A stretch of DNA of 56,191 bases from Planctomycetota bacterium (lineage in GTDB: Bacteria > Planctomycetota > Phycisphaerae > SM23-33), in contig JAXHSV010000001.1 of assembly GCA_034190305.1 (NCBI GenBank), positions 1-56,191 on the forward strand. The letters run 5' to 3'. How positions within the stretch are numbered: the stretch's first letter is position 1; each line of letters opens with the position of its first letter. The notes beneath the pieces are model-generated. The model had not been told where the DNA came from, searched no databases, and saw nothing but the letters and a program-made list of their open reading frames with translations. Positions 9,247-17,706 of the stretch are shown in pieces. The translations under genes were made by a program, and so were the position numbers.

Positions 9247-10498
9247 TTATAAGGGGCGTCCCGCCGACCGGCCGCAGCAATTCTTGAACTTACGTCCCGA
9301 ACCGCACGGGCAGGGTTCGTTCCTGCCGACCCTGCCGGCGGTGGTTCGTTGTCTTCCGCCCGTCTCGGGCAGGCGACCGTCTTTGACGTACGCGGCGATG
9401 CGATTCAGTTCCGGAAGCGCAGCCTTGAAAAACATCTTGTATCCTTCGCAAAAGTGATTTACCCGCTCAGGTCCGCCGCCGATTGGAACGTGGTGCTTCG
9501 GACATCCGCCCCAACAGTATCGCAGGAATTCGCAATCTTTACACGCAGCCGGTAGTTCGGTCTTCAATTCGGCGAATTTTTCCAATTTTGTGTCGAGTAA
9601 CAGTTCGGCCAGCGGGCGATCCATAATGTTTCCAATCCGCCAGTCAGCCAAGACGAAATGATCGCAAGCGTAGAGGTCGCCGTTGAATTCCAGCACGTGT
9701 GCGTTGGCGCACCGTTGCGAATTGGTGCACATCGCCGCCCGGCCGTAAATGATTGTCTGTATTACGCTGTCGATAAAGCGCTCGGAGACTTTCCCGACGT
9801 CCCTGCCGGACCACAACTCAAAGACCTCCAGATAGAACCGCCCGAACTGCTCGGCGGTGCACGAAAATTACCGCCGGTTTGCCGGTGGCGTTGCGCTCCA
9901 GAATCGGGATGAACTGAAGGTTCCGCAGGCCGCGATTGACAAAATAGCGGTAGATGTCGCCGGCGTGCGGGGCGTTGGCGCTGTTGAGCGTCGCCAGGAC
10001 GTTGAATTCCACGTTGTGCTTCCGCAGCAGTTCCAGTCCGGCCCAGGCTCGATGGAAAGTCGCCTCGCCGGCGCGGTCGCGACGGTAATGGTCGTGCCAC
10101 TGATGCGGGCCATCGATGCTGATTCCGATAAGGAACTTATTCTCGGCGAAGAACTCGCACCACGCCTCGTCCAGCAGCGTGCCGTTGGTCTGGAGTGCGT
10201 TTGTGACGGTCTGACCGGCGAGGCGATTCTCCGCCTGGAATGCTACCGCCCGGCGAAAGAAATCCATCCCCGCAAGCAAAGGCTCTCCTCCCTGCCAGTG
10301 AAATTCGCACCGCTCCGACATCGCATCCATGTATTGTTTCGTAAATGCGGCAAGGACATCGTCCGGCATTATGAAATTCTCAACCGGCGGGTAGAGTTCC
10401 TTCGGCTTGGCGGTGTAGTAGCAGTAACGGCAGGAGAGGTTACAGACGCCGCTGACCGGCTTGGCCATTATGTTGAACGGACGGATAAATTCACTCAT
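9247..10498 (-). pseudogene. Anaerobic sulfatase-maturating enzyme (radical SAM/SPASM), split by a frameshift near 9864-9870
   Basis: The N-terminal ORF (9818-10498) has CNLSCRYCYY (CX3CX2C) and GGEPLL. The C-terminal ORF (9247-9816) has SPASM-like Cys clusters (CANAHVLEFNGDLYACDH, CKDCEFLRYCWGGCPKH). The second frame resumes as FSCTAEQFGRFYLEVFELW right at an A4/T4 run. Confidence 0.8.
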
Positions 10499-10525
10499 GC
10501 GCCCTTGCCCGCACCTTTTCGACTT

Positions 10526-11177
10526 TTACGCCGGCGCGATTCGCGGCATCCTTACCGGTTCGCTCTGCAAAGTGGCCTGGAGAAACTCGTGCAGCAGTTG
10601 GGATTTCAACTCGGTGGCGGATGAGTCGTGTTTTTTCCTCATCCGGCGGCCAGGGCTCGAAATAATCGGACCAGTCGGCCAGGCCCTTCTGTTCCATCCA
10701 TATCGCGTAGTGTTGTCCGACGAGGTATTCGCTGCCGTGCATCCTTGCGGTTTCCAGGTGCTCGAAGCCGTAGAAAGGCCCGTGAAAGTTCCGCCAGAAA
10801 TCCAGGTCGCGGATGAGGGGAAGACATTCGATGGATTAGGCGCCCGGTTGCGACGCCAGAGGCTGGAAATGGGCTTTACCAATAAGCGCCGTGAAATATC
10901 CTGCCTGTTTTAACATGTCGGTGATTCTCGGAACATCCTCGAAAAGTTTCGTTCCGAGCGCCCAGGCGCCGTGCTGTGAGGGATACATTCCGGTGATTAT
11001 GCTGGCCCGCGAAGGCGTGCAGGTCGGATTGGGGCAATAGGCGCGGTCGAACCGCACGCCTTCACTGCAAAGCCGATCCAGCGCCGGTGTCTTAATCCGA
11101 TCATTTACCGACCCCAGCGTGCTGTAATGCTGCTGGTCGGAAGTAATCAGGAGTATATTGGGTCTATTCGACGGCAT
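10526..11177 (-). pseudogene. Cys-type sulfatase remnant (in-frame TAA, internal deletion, frameshift)
   Basis: The N-terminus is MPSNRPNILLITSDQQH...CTPSRASIITG (FGly motif at 11007-11021). A TAA at 10836-10838 is in frame with the continuing homology SIECLPLIRDLDFWRNFHGPFYGFEHLE. The frame changes at the T6 run (10631-10636) into a typical sulfatase C-terminus, ELKSQLLHEFLQATLQSEPVRMPRIAPA. About 217 codons remain, against 450 or more expected. Confidence 0.8.
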
Positions 11178-11226
11178 CTTTTTTTCACCTTTTCTCATCT
11201 CGCGGGCAAGGCGCATCTGCGGCGAT

Positions 11227-13260
11227 TCAGGATCGCAATTCGGCGCCGAGTTGTCCGGCCAGGGCTTCGATAACCTGTCCGACCATCTCATCGACCTGAT
11301 CCGACCGGAGCGTCCCGTCGTCCGAACGATAAGTCAGCGAGACCGTTACGGACTTCTTCCCGCTCTGTATCTGCCTGCCGTGATACGTTCCGACATATCG
11401 AAGCGATTCCCGCATAGGCTGGTCGGTCGAATCTATCGCGCCGGCCAATTCACGCCAGGTAACGGCTTCGTCCACCACGAGCGAAAGGTCGCGTACAACG
11501 GCGGGAAACTTCGGCAGAGGTCCGTAGGTCCGTTCGGCGCCGGCATAGTCCATCAGCATATCGAAATTAATCATCGCTGCGGCGTGGGGCTTCTCCAGGC
11601 CGAAGTAGTCCAGCGCTGCGTCGGCGACCATTCCGATTAATCCGATGCGACGCCCATCGAGATGGATTTCCGCTGCCTGTCCTTCGGAAAGACCAGCCAC
11701 CGGACCGGCGAGAACCTCCAATTTCGCCGCCGGCGCAGATAGGCTTATCACCGCCTCAAGTGCGCCTCGCAGGTCCGAGATATTACGTTGTGTAACCATC
11801 CCAAGGGCGGTGTATTCCTCCGGAAGGTCGCCGGAGTCAGCCGGTCGTTCATCTCGTCTCACGGCAGGCGGGAATACCGCAGCCAATTCATACAGGTTCA
11901 CATCTTCGTTTCCGACGTCCTGATTGGTCTTGCATGCCCGTAGCAACGAGCCGAGCAGCGTGGGGCGGAGCATGTTATTCGTCCGCCGGACGGCGGCATC
12001 GACGTGCAGACCCGTCTGGAAGCCGAAAAGGGCGGCGGCTTCATCGTCGGTGAAAGTGTAGGTAATAGCCTCGTCGAATCCGGCGGCGGACAGGATGTCA
12101 CGGACGCCCTGCCGTAAAGATTCGGACTCACTTGCGCCCGTCACCGGATGCGTTACTTCATTGTGGACGGGTATCTTGTCGTAACCGTGCAGACGGGCAA
12201 CTTCCTCTATAAGGTCGATCTCGCGCCGCAGGTCCGCCCGCCATGCGGGAATCCGGCAGACGATCCTGCCACTTTTGAGTTCGGCTGACAACCCTAGACG
12301 ATTGAGAATTTCAGCCTGCGCCGCATCGTTAACCTCAACGCCCAGCAGCGACCGGCAGCGATCGGTCCGCAGAGTTACTTTCGGCGGTCTGTAAGGATCG
12401 GCCCAAACGTCGATGACGCCGCAGGCAGGTTCACCCCCGGCAGTCTGGAGTAACAACTGGCAGGCGCGTAATGATGCAGTCTCAACCGCGACAGGGTCCA
12501 CACCCCGTTCGAAACGGTAGGACGATTCGCTCATCAGCGACAGGGCGCGGGCGGCTTTGCGAATGGTCAGCGGGTCGAATCGGGCGCTTTCCATGAGGAT
12601 ATCGGTCGTATCGTCGCCGACTTCGCTTTCAAGCCCGCCCATGATACCGGCCACTGCAACGGGCTTGTCGGCGTCGGCGATGACGAGCATTTCTTCGGTC
12701 AGCGTGCAGCGCGTCCCGTCGATACTGACGATCTGCTCGCCGGGCAGGCCCCGGCGAACGATGATTCGCCCGCCGGATAAACGATTCTGGTCGAATGCGT
12801 GCAGCGGCTGACCGAACTCCATCAGGACGTAGTTGGTAACATCGACGACGTTGTTAATCCCCCGCAGGCCGACGGCCTCGAGTCGCTCGACCATCCACGA
12901 CGGCGATGGGCCGACCTTCACGCCGCGGATTATACGCGCGGTGTAGCGAGGACACATGTCAGGGGCAAGCACTTCGACGCTGGTGAGTTTCTCAACGCCC
13001 GTCGATCCGACAGACACAGCCGACAGGTCCGGAAGTTTCAATTCCAGACCCAGCGCCGCAGCCGCTTCCCGCGCCACGCCGATGTGACCCAGACAGTCCG
13101 GGCGATTGGATGTAACCTCCAGGTCAAGAACTATGTCGGTGTCGGTTTCCTCGGCGGACTCGCAGCACAAGCCGATGCGCGTAAAGACATCGGCCAGTTC
13201 GCCCGCCGGCATTGCCGATACGTCAACGTAATCCGTCAGCCAGTTCAGTGATACCTTCAT
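11227..13260 (-). CDS. pheT: Phenylalanine--tRNA ligase beta subunit
   Basis: MKVSLNWLTDYVD start, B3/4, B5 and FDX-ACB-like C-terminal regions, about 677 aa. Confidence 0.9.
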   Translation of the reverse strand: MKVSLNWLTDYVDVSAMPAGELADVFTRIGLCCESAEETDTDIVLDLEVTSNRPDCLGHIGVAREAAAALGLELKLPDLSAVSVGSTGVEKLTSVEVLAPDMCPRYTARIIRGVKVGPSPSWMVERLEAVGLRGINNVVDVTNYVLMEFGQPLHAFDQNRLSGGRIIVRRGLPGEQIVSIDGTRCTLTEEMLVIADADKPVAVAGIMGGLESEVGDDTTDILMESARFDPLTIRKAARALSLMSESSYRFERGVDPVAVETASLRACQLLLQTAGGEPACGVIDVWADPYRPPKVTLRTDRCRSLLGVEVNDAAQAEILNRLGLSAELKSGRIVCRIPAWRADLRREIDLIEEVARLHGYDKIPVHNEVTHPVTGASESESLRQGVRDILSAAGFDEAITYTFTDDEAAALFGFQTGLHVDAAVRRTNNMLRPTLLGSLLRACKTNQDVGNEDVNLYELAAVFPPAVRRDERPADSGDLPEEYTALGMVTQRNISDLRGALEAVISLSAPAAKLEVLAGPVAGLSEGQAAEIHLDGRRIGLIGMVADAALDYFGLEKPHAAAMINFDMLMDYAGAERTYGPLPKFPAVVRDLSLVVDEAVTWRELAGAIDSTDQPMRESLRYVGTYHGRQIQSGKKSVTVSLTYRSDDGTLRSDQVDEMVGQVIEALAGQLGAELRS

Positions 13261-13343
13261 AGAGAATTCTCTCGCCAAAAAGTTCTATAAAAAGGACATC
13301 GTACCGAACCTTTCGGGCGAGTCAAACCCTATGTTCGAATCGG

Positions 13344-13826
13344 TTACTGTCCCGCCGCCGGCTGACCGGAGGCGAGGTCAGGATACGCCTCGGCGAATTC
13401 CTTCGAGCAGAACTTATCGGCTACGAAAAAGTACTTGAACGGCTTGCCCTGCGAGGTCTGAACGGTGGCGACAATCCCATACACAACATGGGCTAACCAA
13501 ATCAGCGAAAGAAAACAAGGGAACGTGAACGCCAGTACTCCAACCGTAATAACTGTCAGCAACAACGACAAGATTATGGCGACAATGAGCACAACCGTCG
13601 CGAAGATCCCCTGGACCATCGCTTGTTTGCCGTGGAAGGCGGCGAATTTGTCCTCATCTTTCTTCACGAGCCAAATAATCAGTGGCCCAAGCCACCACGT
13701 CAGGACCATCAGGAGGTGTGGCAGCCAGGCCATGGTCAAGTCCGGTTTGACGGGCTGTTGGACGGGTGACTGAGGCGGAGGCTGCTGGGAAGGTGGGACT
13801 TCCGGCGGTGGAGATGTGTCTGTCAT
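13344..13826 (-). CDS. DUF4870-like small membrane protein with a Pro/Gln-rich N-terminus
   Basis: LVKKDEDKFAAFHGKQAM followed by hydrophobic helices. Confidence 0.6.
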   Translation of the reverse strand: MTDTSPPPEVPPSQQPPPQSPVQQPVKPDLTMAWLPHLLMVLTWWLGPLIIWLVKKDEDKFAAFHGKQAMVQGIFATVVLIVAIILSLLLTVITVGVLAFTFPCFLSLIWLAHVVYGIVATVQTSQGKPFKYFFVADKFCSKEFAEAYPDLASGQPAAGQ

Positions 13827-13986
13827 GGCTCAATCCTTTCATGTTATAACGACACCAATCCCGAACTGAACTTGCACTGAAACTATACCGACATGCCGTA
13901 TATAAGTATCGGCTTGCCCGCCGATATATGTCAAATGCTAAATGCCAAACCGGTAATACAGGTTTGAAACATGTGTTACCGGCAAA

Positions 13987-14793
13987 TTGACAAAAACTGT
14001 TTTTGCGGGTCTATTATTGCGACGAGAAAGGAGTTTCACCATCAATCAAACAGCACCGATAGACGCTGAAAAACCGTGTCCACGATGCAAGATGTCCAAC
14101 GCTCCGGACACCGAGTTCTGCGCCCACTGCGGCCTGCGGATGGGCCGGCACAAACCGGTGGCATGGTGGCATATCCACAGGAGACTCTATGACTGGACGG
14201 TGGGTTGGACGTATCGCCCGTCGTCGTCGGTTGCGCTGTTTGCGTTGAGTTTTTCCGAGAGCATAATTTTCCCCGTCCCCCCGGACGTTCTGCTGATACC
14301 GTTAGTATTGGGCAACCGCCGCAAGTGGCTGAAATACGCCGCTCTGTGCAGCATCGCCAGCGTAGCCGGCGCAGTGGCTGCCTTTCTTATAGGCTGGCTG
14401 GCGTGGTGGGCCGTCAAGGATTTCGCCTTCGAGTATCTGGGATGGACCGGATTGGCAGAGGACAACTTCGACACCATCTCGCTGTGGTTCGAACGGTGGA
14501 ATTTCTGGATTATTTTTGCAGCCGGTTTTACACCCCTTCCCTTCAAGGTGTTCAACATCTTCGCCGGCGTATTCGGCACCGGGCCTGAGGTGTCCAGCCC
14601 GGTAATTTTCTTCGTCCTTTTCCTTACAGCCGCCACCGTCAGCCGGACCGCAAGGTTCTTTCTGGTCGCAGGCCTGATGCGGGCCTTCGGTGCGAAGATG
14701 ACGCCGTTCATCGAGAAATATTTCAACTGGCTGTCGATAGCCTTTGCAGCCCTGCTTATCGGCGGGTTTGTAGTGGCGAAATACGCCTTTTGA
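13987..14793 (+). CDS. YqaA/DedA-like (VTT/SNARE-associated domain) membrane protein with an N-terminal zinc ribbon
   Basis: CPRCKMSNAPDTEFCAHCG zinc ribbon, then FSESIIFPVPPDVLLIPL typical of YqaA-type proteins. The start codon is uncertain (TTG at 13987). Confidence 0.65.
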   Translation: MTKTVFAGLLLRRERSFTINQTAPIDAEKPCPRCKMSNAPDTEFCAHCGLRMGRHKPVAWWHIHRRLYDWTVGWTYRPSSSVALFALSFSESIIFPVPPDVLLIPLVLGNRRKWLKYAALCSIASVAGAVAAFLIGWLAWWAVKDFAFEYLGWTGLAEDNFDTISLWFERWNFWIIFAAGFTPLPFKVFNIFAGVFGTGPEVSSPVIFFVLFLTAATVSRTARFFLVAGLMRAFGAKMTPFIEKYFNWLSIAFAALLIGGFVVAKYAF

Positions 14794-14804
14794 GTAAAAT
14801 GCGG
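14771..14804 (+). repeat. Direct repeat copy 1: functional 3' end of the YqaA-like gene (VVAKYAF-stop plus 11 nt)
   Basis: TAGTGGCGAAATACGCCTTTTGAGTAAAATGCGG, repeated at 15807-15841. Confidence 0.8.
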
Positions 14805-14936
14805 ATTAGACATCGATGGCGGAGGGATTTGTTACGAAATGCCTTATGGAAAAATCTCACGGTTTGAGAGAATATTATCTTGCGTTGACGAAAAAAAGAT
14901 GTACACTAAAGATGTCCAACTTAGCGGAGGCCGGTA

Positions 14937-15173
14937 ATGAAGGCTCTTAGTGTAAAAGAAATACGAACGCGCCTGAGCAAGGTAATTCACGAGGCCGAAT
15001 GCGGCGAATCGACCACAATCACCCGCTATGGGAAACCGGTGGCTCGAATTGTCCCGGCCGATACTCATCGCCCCGCTTTTCCGGACCTGTCGGAATTCCG
15101 CGCTTCGATCAAACCTCGCGGCAAGACCCTGACCGACACGCTCCGTGAAATGCGCGAGGAGGAACGGCTTTGA
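14937..15173 (+). CDS. Phd/YefM-family antitoxin
   Basis: MKALSVKEIRTRLSKVIHEAECGESTTITRYGKPVARIVP. GGAGG RBS. 4-nt overlap with the downstream PIN gene. Confidence 0.85.
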   Translation: MKALSVKEIRTRLSKVIHEAECGESTTITRYGKPVARIVPADTHRPAFPDLSEFRASIKPRGKTLTDTLREMREEERL

Positions 15174-15589
15174 GGGCGTATGTCGACACCAGTATATTAA
15201 CCGGAGCGTACTGCGCCGAGCCGGGCAGCGCACGCTCGCAGAAAGTGTTGCAGCGTTACATGCCTGTAATCTCCCGCCTGACGTGCCTGGAGTTCAGTTC
15301 CTCGGTGGCTAGGAAACTTCGCATGAAAACCTTCTCAAAAACCGAGGCGCTCAGGGTGATTCACCAGTTTCATTCTCACCTCCAACAGGACATCTTCGAA
15401 CTCAAGCCGGTTCAGGACATGCACCTGGTATTGGCCGGCGAATGGATCGACTTGTTTGCGACCGGACTGCGCCCGTTGGATGCAATGCACCTCGCGATTG
15501 CCCATTCCAATAAACTGCTACTGGTTACAGCCGACGTATCGCTTGCCAAGTCGGCCCGGCAACTCGGCGCAGCAGTGGAACGAATCTGA
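15170..15589 (+). CDS. vapC: VapC-type PIN-domain toxin
   Basis: YVDTSIL (first acidic residue), LDAMHLAIA and LVTADVSLAKSA. TTG start overlapping the antitoxin stop. Confidence 0.8.
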   Translation: MRAYVDTSILTGAYCAEPGSARSQKVLQRYMPVISRLTCLEFSSSVARKLRMKTFSKTEALRVIHQFHSHLQQDIFELKPVQDMHLVLAGEWIDLFATGLRPLDAMHLAIAHSNKLLLVTADVSLAKSARQLGAAVERI

Positions 15590-15687
15590 TCCGTCGTAGT
15601 AAAAAAATTGAGGTCTTTCCGGTCGGTGGGTTCGTAATAGTCTGTCAATCTTAAATCTGTGAACAAAATCTTCAGACGTCGGTTTTT

Positions 15688-15769
15688 CGACACAGAGACA
15701 CAGAGGAACAGAGACATAAAAACAGATTTGTCTTTTTTCTATTCTCTGAATCTCTGCGTCTCTGTGTCG
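15688..15769. repeat. Palindromic element, CAGAGA family (copy A1)
   Basis: Arms CGACACAGAGACACAGAGGAACAGAGA and TCTCTGAATCTCTGCGTCTCTGTGTCG around an AT-rich loop. Confidence 0.85.
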
Positions 15770-15806
15770 CATAATCCTGCTGACAAATTTGAAGTTAACG
15801 GAGTAA

Positions 15807-15841
15807 TAGTAGCCAAATATGCCTTTTGAGTAAAGTGCAGG
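15807..15841 (+). repeat. Direct repeat copy 2: orphan 3' end of the YqaA-like gene (VIVAKYAF-stop)
   Basis: TAGTAGCCAAATATGCCTTTTGAGTAAAGTGCAGG. Differs from copy 1 mostly at third codon positions. Confidence 0.8.
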
Positions 15842-15867
15842 TCGAACGGCAAGCCGCTCGGTTCCGC

Positions 15868-17616
15868 TCACGACAGGCCGTTCGGCGATTTTTCTTCCTC
15901 GCCTTCGCTTTTCGGTTTTTCCTGCATGGGGTACTTCAGACGGACGTGGTACATTCCACAGAGGCTTTTGACCAGCGACGTTTCGATGGCGTGGACCTCC
16001 CGCAGCGTCAATTCGCAGTCGTCCAGTTGCCCGTCCATAAGGCGCTTGGAAATCACGAAGTGGACCTGCGTTTCGATTCGCCCGGCGGTTGGTTCCGGTG
16101 TGGCGCGGATGGATGATTCAGCCGCGTCGGCGAGCATGAGAATGGCTGCCTCTTTCATTCGCGGCTTGGGACCCGGATAGCGGAACTCGACTTCATCGGG
16201 CGCACTTTCGCCGTTATCGGCTCGCTGCTCGGCTGCGGCGTGGTAGAAATACTCCACCAGCGTCGTACCGTGGTGCGTGGCGATGAATTCCCGAAGTACC
16301 CTTGGCAGACCATACTGCCTGGCCATTTCAACGCCGTCCTTGACGTGTCCCTTGATTACCAGCAGGCTCATTGCCGGCGAAAGTTTCTCGTGGCGCGAGG
16401 CGGAACCGGCCTGGTTCTCCACGAAATAATCGGGCTTGTTGATTTTTCCGACATCGTGGTAGTAGGCGCCGACCCTCGCCAGCAGACCCCGAGCGCCAAT
16501 GGCCTCGGCGGCGGATTCGCACATCGCCCCCAGCACGAGCGAGTGATTATACGTCCCCGGCGCTTCCAGCGCCAGGCGCTTCAGCAGCGGTTTGTTGGCG
16601 TCGCACCATTCCAGCAGCGTCAGCGATGTGGCGACGGAGAATACCCGTTCAATCAGAGGCAGAATGCCCTGTGTGAGGAACCCGCCGGCGATAGCTGCCC
16701 CTGCGGCATAACAGCCGTCCACGAGAACAAATCGCCCCGGCATGCCGGCGGCGGATTCAACCAGCCAGACGGTAATGAACACCACCACCGCAACCACGCC
16801 GCCGGTCTCGATGAGTTTGCTTCGAGTCCGAACCTCGTGCAACTGGAAAACGATCGTCGCCGCGGCCGACCAGAGCACCAACAGTCCCCCCACTCCCAGA
16901 CGAACCTGCAAGGCCGTCAGGATCACCAGCGCACCGGTAACCGCGAAGGCGAAACGCTGGTCGTAGGCGATGGCGAGCATGGTGGCGGCTACGAATATCC
17001 CGAAAACCGACAGGTACGGATTCATGCTTCCTGCGCCGACGACCACCCGACTCAACAACAGCACCAGAAAGATCAGCATCACAATGGCCAGGCCCCGCCA
17101 GTGGTTCTTCACGATCCGCGGGCTGTACTTGGCGACATATAACCCCAGCATGGCAACGACGCCGGCGATAATTCCCGCCCTGCCAAGGAATATCCAGAAC
17201 CGCCTTAGGGGCGAATCGGCGTTTCGCTGTTGCAGGAATGCCACGTGTTCAGCAGACAGGATTGCCACCTGTGCCTCTTTCAGTCCACCGTCGGCGGTCC
17301 CGGTTACAAGGAGTCTTCCTTTAGGGATGCTCTGTCCGACCGGCTGGGTCGCAGGAATTGTGGTCGGTCTTTCAGCATCGGCAAAGTGGAATTCAACACG
17401 GGCGTATGCGTCACGGGGAAGGTATCCGCCGAGGCGGTAGGGCGCAGGCTCCAGCGGGCAGGCGTCCATTATCAGCGCCGCGACAAACAGACCCGTCGCC
17501 AATAAGACCGACCCGACACCGCCGGCGTCGCGGAACCGCTGCCATCGGCCGGGTCCGGCCGGGGCGATCTTGCGAATCTCCCGCCGCTGACGATTTTTCT
17601 TCTTAAAAGGCCACAT
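15868..17616 (-). CDS. pgpH: 7TM-HD membrane phosphohydrolase (PgpH/YqfF family, c-di-AMP phosphodiesterase-like)
   Basis: Multi-TM central region, then an HD domain (GAYYHDVGK, ATHHGTTL). Lies downstream of phoH, as in many bacteria. Confidence 0.8.
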   Translation of the reverse strand: MWPFKKKNRQRREIRKIAPAGPGRWQRFRDAGGVGSVLLATGLFVAALIMDACPLEPAPYRLGGYLPRDAYARVEFHFADAERPTTIPATQPVGQSIPKGRLLVTGTADGGLKEAQVAILSAEHVAFLQQRNADSPLRRFWIFLGRAGIIAGVVAMLGLYVAKYSPRIVKNHWRGLAIVMLIFLVLLLSRVVVGAGSMNPYLSVFGIFVAATMLAIAYDQRFAFAVTGALVILTALQVRLGVGGLLVLWSAAATIVFQLHEVRTRSKLIETGGVVAVVVFITVWLVESAAGMPGRFVLVDGCYAAGAAIAGGFLTQGILPLIERVFSVATSLTLLEWCDANKPLLKRLALEAPGTYNHSLVLGAMCESAAEAIGARGLLARVGAYYHDVGKINKPDYFVENQAGSASRHEKLSPAMSLLVIKGHVKDGVEMARQYGLPRVLREFIATHHGTTLVEYFYHAAAEQRADNGESAPDEVEFRYPGPKPRMKEAAILMLADAAESSIRATPEPTAGRIETQVHFVISKRLMDGQLDDCELTLREVHAIETSLVKSLCGMYHVRLKYPMQEKPKSEGEEEKSPNGLS

Positions 17617-17624
17617 ACCAAATC

Positions 17625-17706
17625 AATAGTCAGTAATCGGTGGTTAGTAGTCAGATAAAAGATATTTTCTTCACCGGCTACCGGCTACCATCTACCGATT
17701 ACTATT
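17625..17706. repeat. Palindromic element, GGTAGTC/GGTAGCC heptad family (copy C1)
   Basis: Arms AATAGTCAGTAATCGGTGGTTAGTAGTCAG and CCGGCTACCGGCTACCATCTACCGATTACTATT. The right arm encodes the last codons and the stop of phoH. Confidence 0.75.

Noticed and set aside
9864-9870. Programmed ribosomal frameshifting or pure sequencing error as the explanation for the four homopolymer-associated frameshifts (about 9864-9870, 10631-10636, 52344-52351, 53126-53129)
   Set aside because: There are no slippery heptamer plus downstream structure signatures. The sulfatase also has a nonsense codon and a large deletion, and the GH43 also has a repeat-borne stop. Core genes are unaffected. Sequencing error cannot be fully excluded without reads.
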